From: Candidatus Binatia bacterium
Lineage (GTDB): Bacteria > Desulfobacterota > Binatia > UBA9968 > JAJDTQ01
NCBI GenBank assembly: GCA_963666515.2
Contig: OY762897.2
Coordinates: 640,001-704,000 of the forward strand
DNA: 64,000 nucleotides
Direction: 5' to 3'
Notes under the pieces: generated by a model
Seen by the model: the letters and a program-made list of their open reading frames with translations, nothing else
Databases searched by the model: none
Told to the model about the DNA's origin: nothing
Shown here: in pieces, positions 28,701 to 38,487 of the stretch
Position numbering within the stretch: position 1 is the stretch's first letter
How the letters are laid out: every line of letters starts with the position of its first letter
Position numbers and translations under genes: made by a program

Positions 28701-29423
28701 TCAGGGACCGGTGAGCGGTCTGCCGAAATACACGGCCAATGAGGCGATCTCTTCGTCGGACAAACGCTTGGCGATGGTCTGCATGGCCTGATGCCGCCGT
28801 TTGCCATGCTTGTACGCTTGAAGGGTTATCACGAAGTCCTCGACCGGCCAACCGATGATGGAGGGTATGCCCTCATCGGCGCCGTCGGGCCGGTGACAGG
28901 TGGTGCATTCGCTGGCGAGATAGGCGCCGTACTCGGGGTCGCCCGCGATGGCGAGGAGCCGCGGGTCGAGGCCGAACTCGGCGACGGTCATGGTGGGTTC
29001 CGCGGCCGGAAGCCCGGCCCGGGTCGCCGAAAGGGCGCGCAGCCACGCCAGCAGATCCGCCCGGTCGCCGGCCGCCGTCATCCCCGCGTAGCTCATGCGC
29101 GAGCGCGGCACCAGTTTCCGGGGGTTGGCCACGAAGGCGTCCAGGGTCGCCTCGGTCCACACCAGCCCGCCGGCCCCGGCCTTCTTCATGGCCGGGGAAT
29201 AGCGGAACTTCGGAAGCGAGCCGGCGCGGCGGCCGAACACGTCATTGAGGTGGGGGCCGATCCGGTGCTTCGCGCCGCGGCCGGCCTGGTGGCAGCGCTT
29301 GCACTCCTGGTAGAGCGCCTTGCCGCGTTGTGCGTCCGCGCCCAAGGCTCCGGTGGCCACAAGGACCGCGAGAAGCACCAGCGCAAGCATCGCGAAACCC
29401 GCGGGTTTCGTGATGCGCGTCAT
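28701..29423 (-). CDS. soxE: diheme c-type cytochrome (SoxE-like)
   Basis: CKRCH (c2-like domain, GPHL) and CTTCH; signal peptide; lies between soxZ and soxF. Confidence 0.75.
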   Translation of the reverse strand: MTRITKPAGFAMLALVLLAVLVATGALGADAQRGKALYQECKRCHQAGRGAKHRIGPHLNDVFGRRAGSLPKFRYSPAMKKAGAGGLVWTEATLDAFVANPRKLVPRSRMSYAGMTAAGDRADLLAWLRALSATRAGLPAAEPTMTVAEFGLDPRLLAIAGDPEYGAYLASECTTCHRPDGADEGIPSIIGWPVEDFVITLQAYKHGKRRHQAMQTIAKRLSDEEIASLAVYFGRPLTGP

Positions 29424-29445
29424 CCGGCGCCGGGGTTGGGGAGGG

Positions 29446-29775
29446 TCACGACCGGACCTCGATGCGCCTGCTGAGGCGGTATACCGAGCCGTCGTCATCC
29501 TGCCATTCGAATTCCATCTCGCCCGACTCCCGGACGGCCATCTCGAACTGGATGTAGGGATCGGTGGACACCGCAGGCTCCAGGTCCACGGAGATCGCAT
29601 CTTCGCCATTGTAGCGGGCCGTGAACCGGTTGATGATCCGGCGCGGAATGAGCTTCCCGTCACGGCCGGGGCGGAGCCCGGTGTGCATGGGATGGGTGAT
29701 GCGGGTCCTGACGGTGAAGGGGACTCCCGCGGACACGGACTTCGGCAACTTCACGCGCGGCCTGGGTTTCTGCAT
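29446..29775 (-). CDS. soxZ: sulfur carrier complex protein SoxZ
   Basis: ITHPMHTGLR, IPRRII, AVSTDPY, WQDDDG. Confidence 0.93.
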   Translation of the reverse strand: MQKPRPRVKLPKSVSAGVPFTVRTRITHPMHTGLRPGRDGKLIPRRIINRFTARYNGEDAISVDLEPAVSTDPYIQFEMAVRESGEMEFEWQDDDGSVYRLSRRIEVRS

Positions 29776-29794
29776 TCCATCCTCCCGGAGACCG

Positions 29795-30235
29795 CTAGCC
29801 GCAGCCGCCCACCGTCACGATGATCCGGCGGGAGGCCGTGCGGAACGTGCCGTCGGCCATCTCCGCGACGGCGATCAGTTTCTGGCTCTTGGCCAGCCGG
29901 ATGCGGGTCGATGCCGCGGGCGTCGCTCCCTTTCCGAAGGTGAAGACGGCGACGTCGGGATACGGATTGCCGTCGTTGAACACGGCGATGCGCCGGGCGT
30001 TCCGGGCGGAGACCCGGATCGGCACGGAGCCGCCGTTATCGGCGATCTCCGGCGCCTCGATGCGGACGCCGCCCTCCACCGGCGCCGCTCCCTTGGTGAA
30101 CGCGGCGATGGCTCGCGAGGTCTTGTCCTTGGCGGCCCGGGCCGCACCGACGGGAAGGAAACCGGCGAGGCCGGCTGCCAGCGCCGCCAGCGCTGTGCCG
30201 GCGAAGGAGAGTATTTCTCTGCGTGTGGCTTTCAT
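29795..30235 (-). CDS. soxY: sulfur carrier protein SoxY
   Basis: Tat signal TRREIL, APEIADNG, NPYP, TRIRLA, C-terminal VTVGGCG. Confidence 0.95.
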   Translation of the reverse strand: MKATRREILSFAGTALAALAAGLAGFLPVGAARAAKDKTSRAIAAFTKGAAPVEGGVRIEAPEIADNGGSVPIRVSARNARRIAVFNDGNPYPDVAVFTFGKGATPAASTRIRLAKSQKLIAVAEMADGTFRTASRRIIVTVGGCG

Positions 30236-30288
30236 GATGGGCTACTCTTATAGTAGACGCTCGAAACCCACAACGAAAGAGGGCGTCC

Positions 30289-31281
30289 ATGAAATTCGGC
30301 CTGTTCATCATCGGCGACGACGACCCGGCGCTCAAGCTCGACCTTAAGGGCTACTACGAGCGGATGCTGGAGCAGGTCCGCTACGGCGAGTCCCTGGGCT
30401 ACGAGTGCTTCTGGTTCGGTGAGCACCACTTCGACTTCCACGGCGTCATCCCGTCGCCCACCGTGCTCATGTCGGCGGCTGCCACGTGCACGGACTCCAT
30501 CCGCCTCGGTGTCGCGGTAGCGCTCTTGCCGTACCGCGACCCGATCCTGACCGCCGAAGAGTACGCCATGATCGACGTGCTGAGCGGCGGCCGGCTCGAC
30601 TTCGGGGTGGGGCGCGGCACGCCGCCGGAGCTGGTCGGCTTCGGCGTCAAGGAGGACAACCGGGACCTCTTGGTGGAGAGCCTGGAGGTCGTCGAGATGG
30701 CGTGGCGCGAGGGGAGGGTGTCCTACCAGGGACGGTTCCACCAAATCGACGATGTGTCCCTGAACGTGCTGCCGGTCCAGCGCCCCGTGCCGCCCGTCTA
30801 TTTCGCCGCCTTGAGCCAGGGCTCATACGAGGTGGCCGGGGAGCGCGGCTACCCGATCCTGGGAATCCCCTTCGCGAGTTGCAAGGACTGGGCCGAGGTG
30901 AAGCGCAAGGTGTCCTACTACAAGGAGACCCTGCACCAGAACTGCCACGACCCCGCCACCCTGGACGTGGGCCAGACCATCCACACCCACGTGGCCGAAT
31001 CGGACGCCGCCGCCCGCCGCCGCGCCCGCCCCGCCATGAGCCGCTACTATGAGGCGCGCAAATCCGTGCGCCCCCGCGGCTACGACGAGCTGGACCGCGG
31101 CCGCATGCTCATGGTCGGCGGCCCCGGCCGCTGCATCGAGCAGATCCAGGAGATCGCCGACACCGGCGCCAACTACGTCATCTTTTCCATGAACTTCGCC
31201 GGCCTCGACCAGGCGAGCATCCTCGACTCCATGGCGATGATGGCGGAGGAGGTGCTGCCGAAGGTCGGCGCTCGCGGGTAG
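30289..31281 (+). CDS. LLM-class flavin-dependent oxidoreductase
   Basis: WFGEHHF, PSP, AEEYAMIDVLSGGRLDFGVGRG. Confidence 0.9.
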   Translation: MKFGLFIIGDDDPALKLDLKGYYERMLEQVRYGESLGYECFWFGEHHFDFHGVIPSPTVLMSAAATCTDSIRLGVAVALLPYRDPILTAEEYAMIDVLSGGRLDFGVGRGTPPELVGFGVKEDNRDLLVESLEVVEMAWREGRVSYQGRFHQIDDVSLNVLPVQRPVPPVYFAALSQGSYEVAGERGYPILGIPFASCKDWAEVKRKVSYYKETLHQNCHDPATLDVGQTIHTHVAESDAAARRRARPAMSRYYEARKSVRPRGYDELDRGRMLMVGGPGRCIEQIQEIADTGANYVIFSMNFAGLDQASILDSMAMMAEEVLPKVGARG

Positions 31282-31317
31282 CGTGTGGCGGACCTGACCG
31301 AAGGTTCGTCGAGAAGC

Positions 31318-31362
31318 GACTTTTTGTCAGACAACTATCGAAAAGCCTTGACTTTTTGTCAG
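31318..31362. repeat. 13-bp direct repeat GACTTTTTGTCAG x2
   Basis: Copies at 31318-31330 and 31350-31362, 32-bp period. Confidence 0.7.
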
Positions 31363-31578
31363 TTGGGTGACGAATAGTCGGTCCGGTTCCGAGCTTCGGC
31401 AAGACCACGCTTTCCAGGATGCTTCACCCGGACCACCTCAGTCCTGCCAGGGACAGTTCCACCGACATCGACGACGACTCCTTTCGCACGAGTCGTGCGA
31501 AGGTTGAACCTGAAACGAGATAGTCAGTGGCGGTACCTTGGTTGAATTGCCTGCGGCAATGCCGAATACTGGAATTCA

Positions 31579-31911
31579 ATGCGATTGTTCCGCACCCGCA
31601 CATATGAACGCGCTATTCGTAAGCTGCTCTCGAAAGACGCTCGCGCGGAGATGGAGGCGTCGATTGCTGCGGCTCCCCGCGCGGGGTCTGTCATCAGGGG
31701 GACCGGAGGAATACGCAAACTGCGCTGGGCGGTCTCCGGTCAGGGGAAACGAGGGGGTATCAGGACGATCTATTTCCACCACGCCGAGCCTGAAGTCGTC
31801 TATTTGTTGACTGCCTACGCGAAGGCGGATCGAGACGACCTGACCTCGGGGGATATCAGGGTGCTGTCGCGGCTGGTAGCCGAGATCAAGAAAGCGAGGA
31901 AGGAAGAATGA
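31579..31911 (+). CDS. higB: RelE/HigB-family toxin
   Basis: GTGGIRKLRW..GKRGGIRTIY..LLTAYAK; upstream of an HTH antitoxin with ATGA overlap. Confidence 0.85.
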   Translation: MRLFRTRTYERAIRKLLSKDARAEMEASIAAAPRAGSVIRGTGGIRKLRWAVSGQGKRGGIRTIYFHHAEPEVVYLLTAYAKADRDDLTSGDIRVLSRLVAEIKKARKEE

Positions 31912-32222
31912 CCACGGGACGAACCGACGTGGGACGTGAGATCGAGGAGGCACTGGGCGAGGTCCTTTCTCATGTCCGTGGTGAAACCCAACTTCCGTAC
32001 CGGATCGTCGATGACCCAGCGGCCGATCGGATCGTCGCGGTTCGCAAGCGCATGCGGCTCAGCCGACAGAAGTTCGCCGACCGTTTCGGTCTGGATGTCC
32101 GCGCGTTACAGGACTGGGAACAAGGGCGGCGTGTCCCCGACCGCGCAGCCCGTGTACTGTTGACCGTCATTGATCGCGAACCCGATGCCGTCGTGCGGGC
32201 GCTTGGCAGCGTCGGCACATGA
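31908..32222 (+). CDS. higA: HigA-like HTH antitoxin
   Basis: LSRQKFADRFG..LQDWEQGRRVP..AARVLL. Confidence 0.85.
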   Translation: MTTGRTDVGREIEEALGEVLSHVRGETQLPYRIVDDPAADRIVAVRKRMRLSRQKFADRFGLDVRALQDWEQGRRVPDRAARVLLTVIDREPDAVVRALGSVGT

Positions 32223-32264
32223 AGACGAAACAACCTCTCCGTTGAACTGTGGGAGAACGCCATA

Positions 32265-32625
32265 TTGTTCGGACTGTTTAGCGCGGCTACCAAGCTCGGT
32301 GTTTCGTCGGCTGGTTTCGCCAAGAGCGACCGGGAGAACCTGCACCGGAACGAGCTTGAGGTTTTCAGGCTGCTGGCCGACGAGTATCTGGCGCTGGACG
32401 GAGCGGGCCTGACGGCCGCGCAGGCCGCCGGTGCGGGAGATGACACCGGAGGACATCCGCACGCTGCGTCTGCGCGAGCAGGCGAGCCAGGCGGTGTTCG
32501 CGCGCCATCTCAACGTGACCACGGGCCTGGTGAGCCAGTGGGAGCGCGGCGAGAAGCGCCCGCGCGGCGCGTCGCTGAAGCTCCTCACGTTGGTGGCGAA
32601 GAACGGGCTCAGAGCCGTTGTCTGA
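32265..32625 (+). pseudogene. decayed second RelE-type toxin/HTH antitoxin pair
   Basis: Toxin C-terminal fragment GFAKSDRENL..EL.VFR.LA.EYL abuts, out of frame, an N-truncated antitoxin (VREMTPEDIR..SQAVFARHLNV..SQWERGEKRP). Confidence 0.65.
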
Positions 32626-32639
32626 GGTTTTGATGCGTA

Positions 32640-33956
32640 TTACCGCATCAGCCCGGGCAGAAAGGTGGCGATCGGCGGGAACAGCATGACCAGGGCGAGG
32701 GCGATGATGTTGATGAGCACGAAGGGGATGACGCCGCGGTAGATGGCGCCCAGGGTGACGTCGGGCGGGGAGACGCCCTTCAGGACGAAGAGGTTCATGC
32801 CGAAGGGTGGGGTGATGAGCGACAGCTCGATGTTAACCATGGTGACGATGGCGAACCACAGGGGGTCGAGGCCCAGGGAGCGGATGACCGGGAAGAAGAT
32901 CGGCACCGTGATGAGCATGATGGAGATGGGCTCCATGAACGCGCCCATGATGAGGATCACGATCTGCATGCTGGCGATGATGATCCACGGCGACACCGGC
33001 AGCTCGGTGGCAAACATCGAAAGGCCCATGGCGGCGCCGGAATGGGCCAGGATCTGGCTAAAGGCGGTGGCGCTGGTGACGATGAGCAGGGCGAATCCCG
33101 AGACTTCGACCGTTCCCAGCAGGGCCTTGCGCAGGATCTCCCACGACAGACGCCGGTAGGCCACTGCCAGGCAGAAAGCTCCGGCCACGCCCATGGCCGC
33201 GGATTCGCTGGGGGTGGCGATGCCCATGAAGATCGACCCCAGCACCACCAGCACGAGCACCACCAGCGGCAGGAAGTACAGGAGCGCGTTCAGGCGCTCG
33301 CTCCAGGACACTCTCTCCAGCTCAACGGCCGGCGCCAAATCCGGCCGGACAGTGCAGACGATGACGATGTAGCCGAACAGCAGCGTCGCCAGCAGCAGTC
33401 CGGGCAGGATTCCGCCAATCAGCAGATCCCCCACCGAGAGCTGGCTGATGCCGCCGAAGATCACCATCAGCGCGCTGGGAGGGATCAGCACCGCGAGCCC
33501 GCCGGAGGTGGCGAGGGTGCCCACGGCGAGGCCGGTGTCGTAGCCCTGCTTGCGCATCTCCGGCACCAGGATCGTGCCCAGGGTGGCCGAGCTGGCCATG
33601 CTGGAGCCGCTGCCGGCGCCGAACGCCGTGCCCGCGAGCACGGCCAGAACGGCGAGGCGGCCGGGCACCTTGCCCAGCCACTTGCCGATGGAGGTGATGG
33701 CGAGAGCGGCCAGACCCGAATGAAGCACCAACTCGCCCATGAGCACGAACAGCGGCAGGGCGATGAACGCGAAGGTGCCGATGCTCGTGAAGCTGCTGAG
33801 GGCGATGGCCTGGACCGCGCCCGGGCCCACCAGCACGTAGAGGAACCCGAGGTTCAGCACACCGAACGCGAACGCGATCGGGATGCCCGACGCCATGAGC
33901 ACGATCAGGGCGCCGAACATGATGACCAGAACGATCCACCACTCGAGGAAGATCAG
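32640..33956 (-). CDS. dctM: TRAP transporter large permease; start uncertain (CTG 33956 or ATG 33920)
   Basis: ALPLFVLMG, SGSS, LIPPS, ATPSE, ITPPFGMNLF. Confidence 0.9.
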   Translation of the reverse strand: MIFLEWWIVLVIMFGALIVLMASGIPIAFAFGVLNLGFLYVLVGPGAVQAIALSSFTSIGTFAFIALPLFVLMGELVLHSGLAALAITSIGKWLGKVPGRLAVLAVLAGTAFGAGSGSSMASSATLGTILVPEMRKQGYDTGLAVGTLATSGGLAVLIPPSALMVIFGGISQLSVGDLLIGGILPGLLLATLLFGYIVIVCTVRPDLAPAVELERVSWSERLNALLYFLPLVVLVLVVLGSIFMGIATPSESAAMGVAGAFCLAVAYRRLSWEILRKALLGTVEVSGFALLIVTSATAFSQILAHSGAAMGLSMFATELPVSPWIIIASMQIVILIMGAFMEPISIMLITVPIFFPVIRSLGLDPLWFAIVTMVNIELSLITPPFGMNLFVLKGVSPPDVTLGAIYRGVIPFVLINIIALALVMLFPPIATFLPGLMR

Positions 33957-34468
33957 AGGCCTCCCTTCTCGGAAGTCGTTGCGGCGTGCGCGCGCGATCC
34001 GGTGAGGATTCTGACCAGGAAGGCGAGGCCCAGCCACGCGGCCCCGATGGGGATGATCACCAGCACCGGGAACTTCGGGAGGTTGAGCGCGGTGGAGAAC
34101 CGGTAGCCGTTCTCGAACGCGTGCCACGCCACCACCCAGCCCTGCCACGCGAGCACCACGCAGTAGATGAGCCCCAGGAAGTCGGTGACGACCCGCAGCC
34201 TGCCTTGCGATGCCGGGCTGAGCCGTGCGGTCACGATCTCCACCTTCACGTGGTGGTCGTTCATGAGGATCCACGCGGCCGGGACGAAGCAGAGATAGAC
34301 GAGCAGGTATTCGTTGATGTCGAGAACCCAGATGGTTGGTGCGGCGAAGAGCATGCGGGCGAGCACGTCGTAGAGAACGGTCACCGCCATGGTCACGACG
34401 AACGCGGCGGAGACGTATCCCAGCACGCGGTTCGTCCTGTCGAATGCGCGGTTCAGCGTATTCAGCAT
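33953..34468 (-). CDS. dctQ: TRAP transporter small permease
   Basis: Four TM segments, DVLAR, W..DINEY, HVKVE. Confidence 0.88.
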   Translation of the reverse strand: MLNTLNRAFDRTNRVLGYVSAAFVVTMAVTVLYDVLARMLFAAPTIWVLDINEYLLVYLCFVPAAWILMNDHHVKVEIVTARLSPASQGRLRVVTDFLGLIYCVVLAWQGWVVAWHAFENGYRFSTALNLPKFPVLVIIPIGAAWLGLAFLVRILTGSRAHAATTSEKGGL

Positions 34469-34559
34469 GGAGGTGGTCCTACTTCGTAGGACAGGAGGGC
34501 GTCGGCTGCCCTGTCATGCAGGCCGGCAGCCGACGCGGATCAGGTCCGGACGGCCCGGA

Positions 34560-35576
34560 TCAGTTGTAGGGCGCCAGGGCCTTCTGGATCTGCGCGCCGT
34601 ACTTGGGCGATTGCTTGAGCAGCTCGGGCCAGTAGGCGTTGCGGGCTTCGCCCAGCCGCTTCTTGGCTGCGTCGTCCACCTCGATCACCTTCATGCCGTT
34701 CTTCTCGAGCCGCTTGATTGCCGCGTTGTCGTTGGTCTGGAAGTACTTGAGAATCCCGGGCTCCATGTCCACGATGGTCCCCTCCAGCACCTTCTTCACG
34801 TTGTCCGGCAGCTTGTCCCACTTCCCCGTCGGCATGTAGACGCCGCCCGGCGCGAACTGGATGGGCGTGGCGATCATGGCCTTGTAGACCTTGTGCTCGC
34901 CGAAGCTCCAGGCGTCGTTGGGCGCGCGGTAGGCGCCGTCCACCACACCGCGCTGCAGCGCCGTGTACAGCTCGTTGGCCGGCAGGGTCTGGGGCGAGCC
35001 TCCGAGATACTGGATGGCGGCGGCATCCTGGGCCCCCGAGGCGCGGATGCGCTTGCCCTTGATGCCGTCGAGGTCCTTGATGGGCGTGGCCATGAGGAAG
35101 CGGAAGCCGGTGCCGGCCACGGTGATGCCCAGGAAGCGCATGGACGATTTCTCCCGGTAGGCCTTGTTGATGATATCCAGGGCGCCGCTCTTGCGCAGGC
35201 CGTCCAGGAAACCCTGCAGGCTCTTGGGCGCGATCAGGCTCACGGCCGCGGCCTCGACGGTCTCGCCCACGTAGTAGGCGGGCGCGGAGTTGGTCATGTC
35301 GGCGATGCCGGTGCGCAGAGCCTGGAACTGCTCGAACGCGGAGGCCACCTCGTTCCCGCCCAGCAGCCGGATCTGCACCACGCCCTTGCCGCGCTTGTTC
35401 ACTTCCTTGATGTAGTTCTTGTACCAGGTGTTGCCGTCGATGCTCAGCGGCCAAGCCGAGATGGCGCGGATGACCACCTCCTTGCCGTCGGCCGGCGCGG
35501 CGGCGGTGAGGGTCCACACGGGGACGGCCAGCAACAGGGCGAGCAGGGAGACTCTCGCGAGGGATTTCGTACGCAT
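34560..35576 (-). CDS. dctP: TRAP substrate-binding protein
   Basis: Signal peptide, KGKRIR, ELYTALQRGVVDG, WDKLP. Confidence 0.9.
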   Translation of the reverse strand: MRTKSLARVSLLALLLAVPVWTLTAAAPADGKEVVIRAISAWPLSIDGNTWYKNYIKEVNKRGKGVVQIRLLGGNEVASAFEQFQALRTGIADMTNSAPAYYVGETVEAAAVSLIAPKSLQGFLDGLRKSGALDIINKAYREKSSMRFLGITVAGTGFRFLMATPIKDLDGIKGKRIRASGAQDAAAIQYLGGSPQTLPANELYTALQRGVVDGAYRAPNDAWSFGEHKVYKAMIATPIQFAPGGVYMPTGKWDKLPDNVKKVLEGTIVDMEPGILKYFQTNDNAAIKRLEKNGMKVIEVDDAAKKRLGEARNAYWPELLKQSPKYGAQIQKALAPYN

Positions 35577-35589
35577 GGTTAACCTCCGG

Positions 35590-36093
35590 TTATGAGATCG
35601 CCTCGTAGGGGTAGCGCTTCACCTTCTCCATGTTCTTGCCCTCGATCCTGATCAGCTTGGTGGTATCTGCGCGCCAGGGCGAATGGAGATCCCCTTCGTT
35701 GTACAAGTGAGCCATGCCGCGCTTGAGGGTATAGGTGCGCAGCTTGCGGGCCTTGCCCTTCTTCCCGTCGCTCGCGGGCTCGACCTTCTCCCAGTCGGTC
35801 ATCTCGGTCTCGCCTGAGGCCTGGCCGTAGATGGCCCAGGCCGGACCGTGGTCGTGGGGGTTGCTGCCCTTGGCCCCCTTGTTGTGGTGCGCAAGGATGC
35901 AGAAACCCAACTCGGAATCTTCGTAGATCACCTTGCGCTCCGGCTGGTCATCTTCGATGTGCTCGGCGATGAATTCATCGTCCTTGCAGATATCTTCGAC
36001 CAACGAAACGATCTTCTGCCGCCCCTCGGGTCCTGGCTCCGCCTTGAGAATGCGATGACAGTCTGCAGCGAACTGTTCCAGCGTATGGCTCAT
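35590..36093 (-). CDS. cysteine-dioxygenase-like cupin
   Basis: PHDHGPAWAIYG..GDLH, 3-His pattern; AAGGAG RBS. Confidence 0.65.
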   Translation of the reverse strand: MSHTLEQFAADCHRILKAEPGPEGRQKIVSLVEDICKDDEFIAEHIEDDQPERKVIYEDSELGFCILAHHNKGAKGSNPHDHGPAWAIYGQASGETEMTDWEKVEPASDGKKGKARKLRTYTLKRGMAHLYNEGDLHSPWRADTTKLIRIEGKNMEKVKRYPYEAIS

Positions 36094-36187
36094 GATACGA
36101 CTCCTTCGAATGAGAAATGGCGGGCCCGAACGGCCCGCGTATCCGCATTTTGAATCCTTGTACGCTTTCCACCGCGAGGGTGTCAAG

Positions 36188-37180
36188 CTACTCCGCCCAA
36201 CCAACAATGGGCGTGAACAGGTCCTCCAGCGCCGGCCTGGGCTCCGCCACGAACCCCTGCTCGACGAGGTACTGCATGAACGTGTCCAGCGTGCCGCGGT
36301 TGGCCTCCACCCCGTAAGGATAGGGGTCGCCGCCGAACAGCTCGCGGATCTCGTCCATCTCGGCGTTGAGCCAGGGGACCATGTACATCATGGCGCCGCT
36401 GAAGCTCATGTGCTCCAGCACCCATGCCTTGGCCGCCTGGAACGCCTTGAACATGCTCTCGGCGATCCACGGGTGTTGCGCGTGAAGCTCCTCGCGCATG
36501 ACGATGGTGTGCATGATGGGGAAGATGCCGGTGGCCCGGAAGTACTCCCGCTCGGCCCGCCTGTAGTCCGGGAAGAGCCGCGCGACGGCCGGGTTCTTCC
36601 CCAGGGAATCCGGCTGCCGCGCGCCCAGGTAGGCGGCGATGTCGCCCGCCGCCAGCAGGTCGTTGATGGACTTGTCCGAAGGCGCCGTTTCCAGATCCAG
36701 GCTGCCCAGCGGCCTCAGGTCCACCTCGTCGTCCGGCGGCCGCGGCGCGTTGACGCCGCCCTCGACCCAACGGATCCCGGACAGGTCGACGCCGTGGCGG
36801 TGCTGCAGGATGCCGCGTATCCACACGGCCGCGGTCTGGCCGTACTCCTGCACGCCCACGCGCTTGCCGTTGAGGTCCGCAGGCTCGACAATGTCCAGGT
36901 CCCGGTTCACGTACACGTAGGCGTGCCGGAAGAGCCGCGACGGGAACACCGGCAGCGCGATGAACGGGAACGAGCCGCGCGAGCGCCGGCTGAGGTAGGT
37001 GGACAGCGACATCTCGCACAGGTCGAAGGCCCGGGTCTTCATCATGCGGGTGAATATCTCCGGTGGCGACTGGATCTGGAGGCAGGTGACGTCGATGCCC
37101 TCGGGCCGCACCTCGCCCTTGGCGATGGCTTCGACGCGGTCATACGGGCCGGTGGCAAGGGTCAATGAGAGATTCCCCAA
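36188..37180 (-). CDS. 4,5-dihydroxyphthalate decarboxylase-like protein
   Basis: YDRV, EIFTRM, EMSLS, PVFPSRLFRH, EYGQTAAVWIRG, GIFPIMH, DPYPYG; TTG start after GGAGG. Confidence 0.8.
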   Translation of the reverse strand: MGNLSLTLATGPYDRVEAIAKGEVRPEGIDVTCLQIQSPPEIFTRMMKTRAFDLCEMSLSTYLSRRSRGSFPFIALPVFPSRLFRHAYVYVNRDLDIVEPADLNGKRVGVQEYGQTAAVWIRGILQHRHGVDLSGIRWVEGGVNAPRPPDDEVDLRPLGSLDLETAPSDKSINDLLAAGDIAAYLGARQPDSLGKNPAVARLFPDYRRAEREYFRATGIFPIMHTIVMREELHAQHPWIAESMFKAFQAAKAWVLEHMSFSGAMMYMVPWLNAEMDEIRELFGGDPYPYGVEANRGTLDTFMQYLVEQGFVAEPRPALEDLFTPIVGWAE

Positions 37181-37382
37181 AGTCGTTTCCTCCGTGGCAA
37201 GGTCTCCCGCGCGATTTTTGCATCGGCGACATGCAGCCTATATGATAGCGGCGAAAGCGCGGGCGGCTGCGTGGCGAGCCGGTTTTTCGTCGGCTTTCGA
37301 GTTCGAAGGCAGCTTTCCAAAGTCGGGCGGAAACCGCAAGGTTCGCCCCATGATCGCCAATCCAACGTGTCGGGAGTCTTTC

Positions 37383-38378
37383 ATGCAGATGCAGTTCAGT
37401 CTCCACAGTCCCAACGGAGGCTTGAAGGAAGCGGAGCGGATCCGCGACCGCGTGGTGCGTGCGGAGCAGCTCGGCTTCGAGGGCATCTACCTCGGTTGCA
37501 GCCAGCTCAGCACCCCGGAGCCGTTCCAGATACTGGCCGTTTGCGCGGTGGCCACGAATCGCCTGAAGCTCGGCACCGCCGTCACCAACATGGTGTACCA
37601 GGACCCCACCGTCCTGGCGGGGTCGGCCGCGACCCTGAGCGACATCTCCGACGGCCGCGCCGTTCTCGGCCTGGGCACCGGCGACGGACCCGTGTACGCC
37701 ATGGGCCGCAGGGCCACCCGGCTCAAGGAGTTCGAGGAAGGCGTGCGCACCATCCGCAATGTCCTCCAGGGCGGCGAGCTGGTGACCCCCAACAACCGCG
37801 TGCGCGTGAACTACCGGATGCTGCCCACGCCCGTGTACCTCTCCATGGAGGGACCCAAGGGCCTGCGGCTGGCGGGACGGGTAGCCGACGGCGTGTTTCT
37901 CGGCAGCGGCGTGGAGCCCCGCGCGGTGAGCTGGGCGCTGGCGCGCATCGCCGAGGGCGCGGCCGAGGCCGGGCGCTCGCCGGACGAGATCGCCACCCTG
38001 GCCTGCGGCATGGTGTGCATCAAGGACGACGGCGACGAGGCGCGCCAGATCGTGCGCCGCCGCCTTGCCAACCGCGCCCACCACAACTTCCAGTCCACCA
38101 TCGAGACCGTGCCCGAGGAGGAGATGGAGAGCATCGAGAAGTTCATGGCGGCCTTCGACCAGTCCAAGCCCATGGAGGAACGCTCCGACCCGGCGTTGAT
38201 CACCGACTATCTCGTGCGCCGCTTCGCCATTGCCGGCACCCCCAAGGAGTGCATCGAGCGCCTGGAGGAACTGGCGGACGCCGGCGTCAAGCGCGTCATG
38301 CTCACACCCGCGCGCAGAGTCTACGAGGAAACCGTGGAAGCCCTGGCGAAACAGGTGATGCCGGCATTCGCAGGCTAG
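37383..38378 (+). CDS. LLM-class (Mer/F420-type-like) oxidoreductase
   Basis: LKLGTAVTN, SDGRAVLGLGTGD, GPKGLRLAGRVADGV. Confidence 0.85.
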   Translation: MQMQFSLHSPNGGLKEAERIRDRVVRAEQLGFEGIYLGCSQLSTPEPFQILAVCAVATNRLKLGTAVTNMVYQDPTVLAGSAATLSDISDGRAVLGLGTGDGPVYAMGRRATRLKEFEEGVRTIRNVLQGGELVTPNNRVRVNYRMLPTPVYLSMEGPKGLRLAGRVADGVFLGSGVEPRAVSWALARIAEGAAEAGRSPDEIATLACGMVCIKDDGDEARQIVRRRLANRAHHNFQSTIETVPEEEMESIEKFMAAFDQSKPMEERSDPALITDYLVRRFAIAGTPKECIERLEELADAGVKRVMLTPARRVYEETVEALAKQVMPAFAG

Positions 38379-38410
38379 GAGTCCGTCCGGGAAACCAGGC
38401 GGTACCAAGG

Positions 38411-38438
38411 GTAGGGGCGACCGGCCGGTCGCTCCTAC
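38411..38438. repeat. GTAG-type REP palindrome
   Basis: GTAGGGGCGACCGG-CCGGTCGCTCCTAC, intergenic. Confidence 0.7.
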
Positions 38439-38487
38439 GGGAGTCCGCTGCCGCGCAGGCTCCCAGGAGCGACCACTGGGGAGACAC

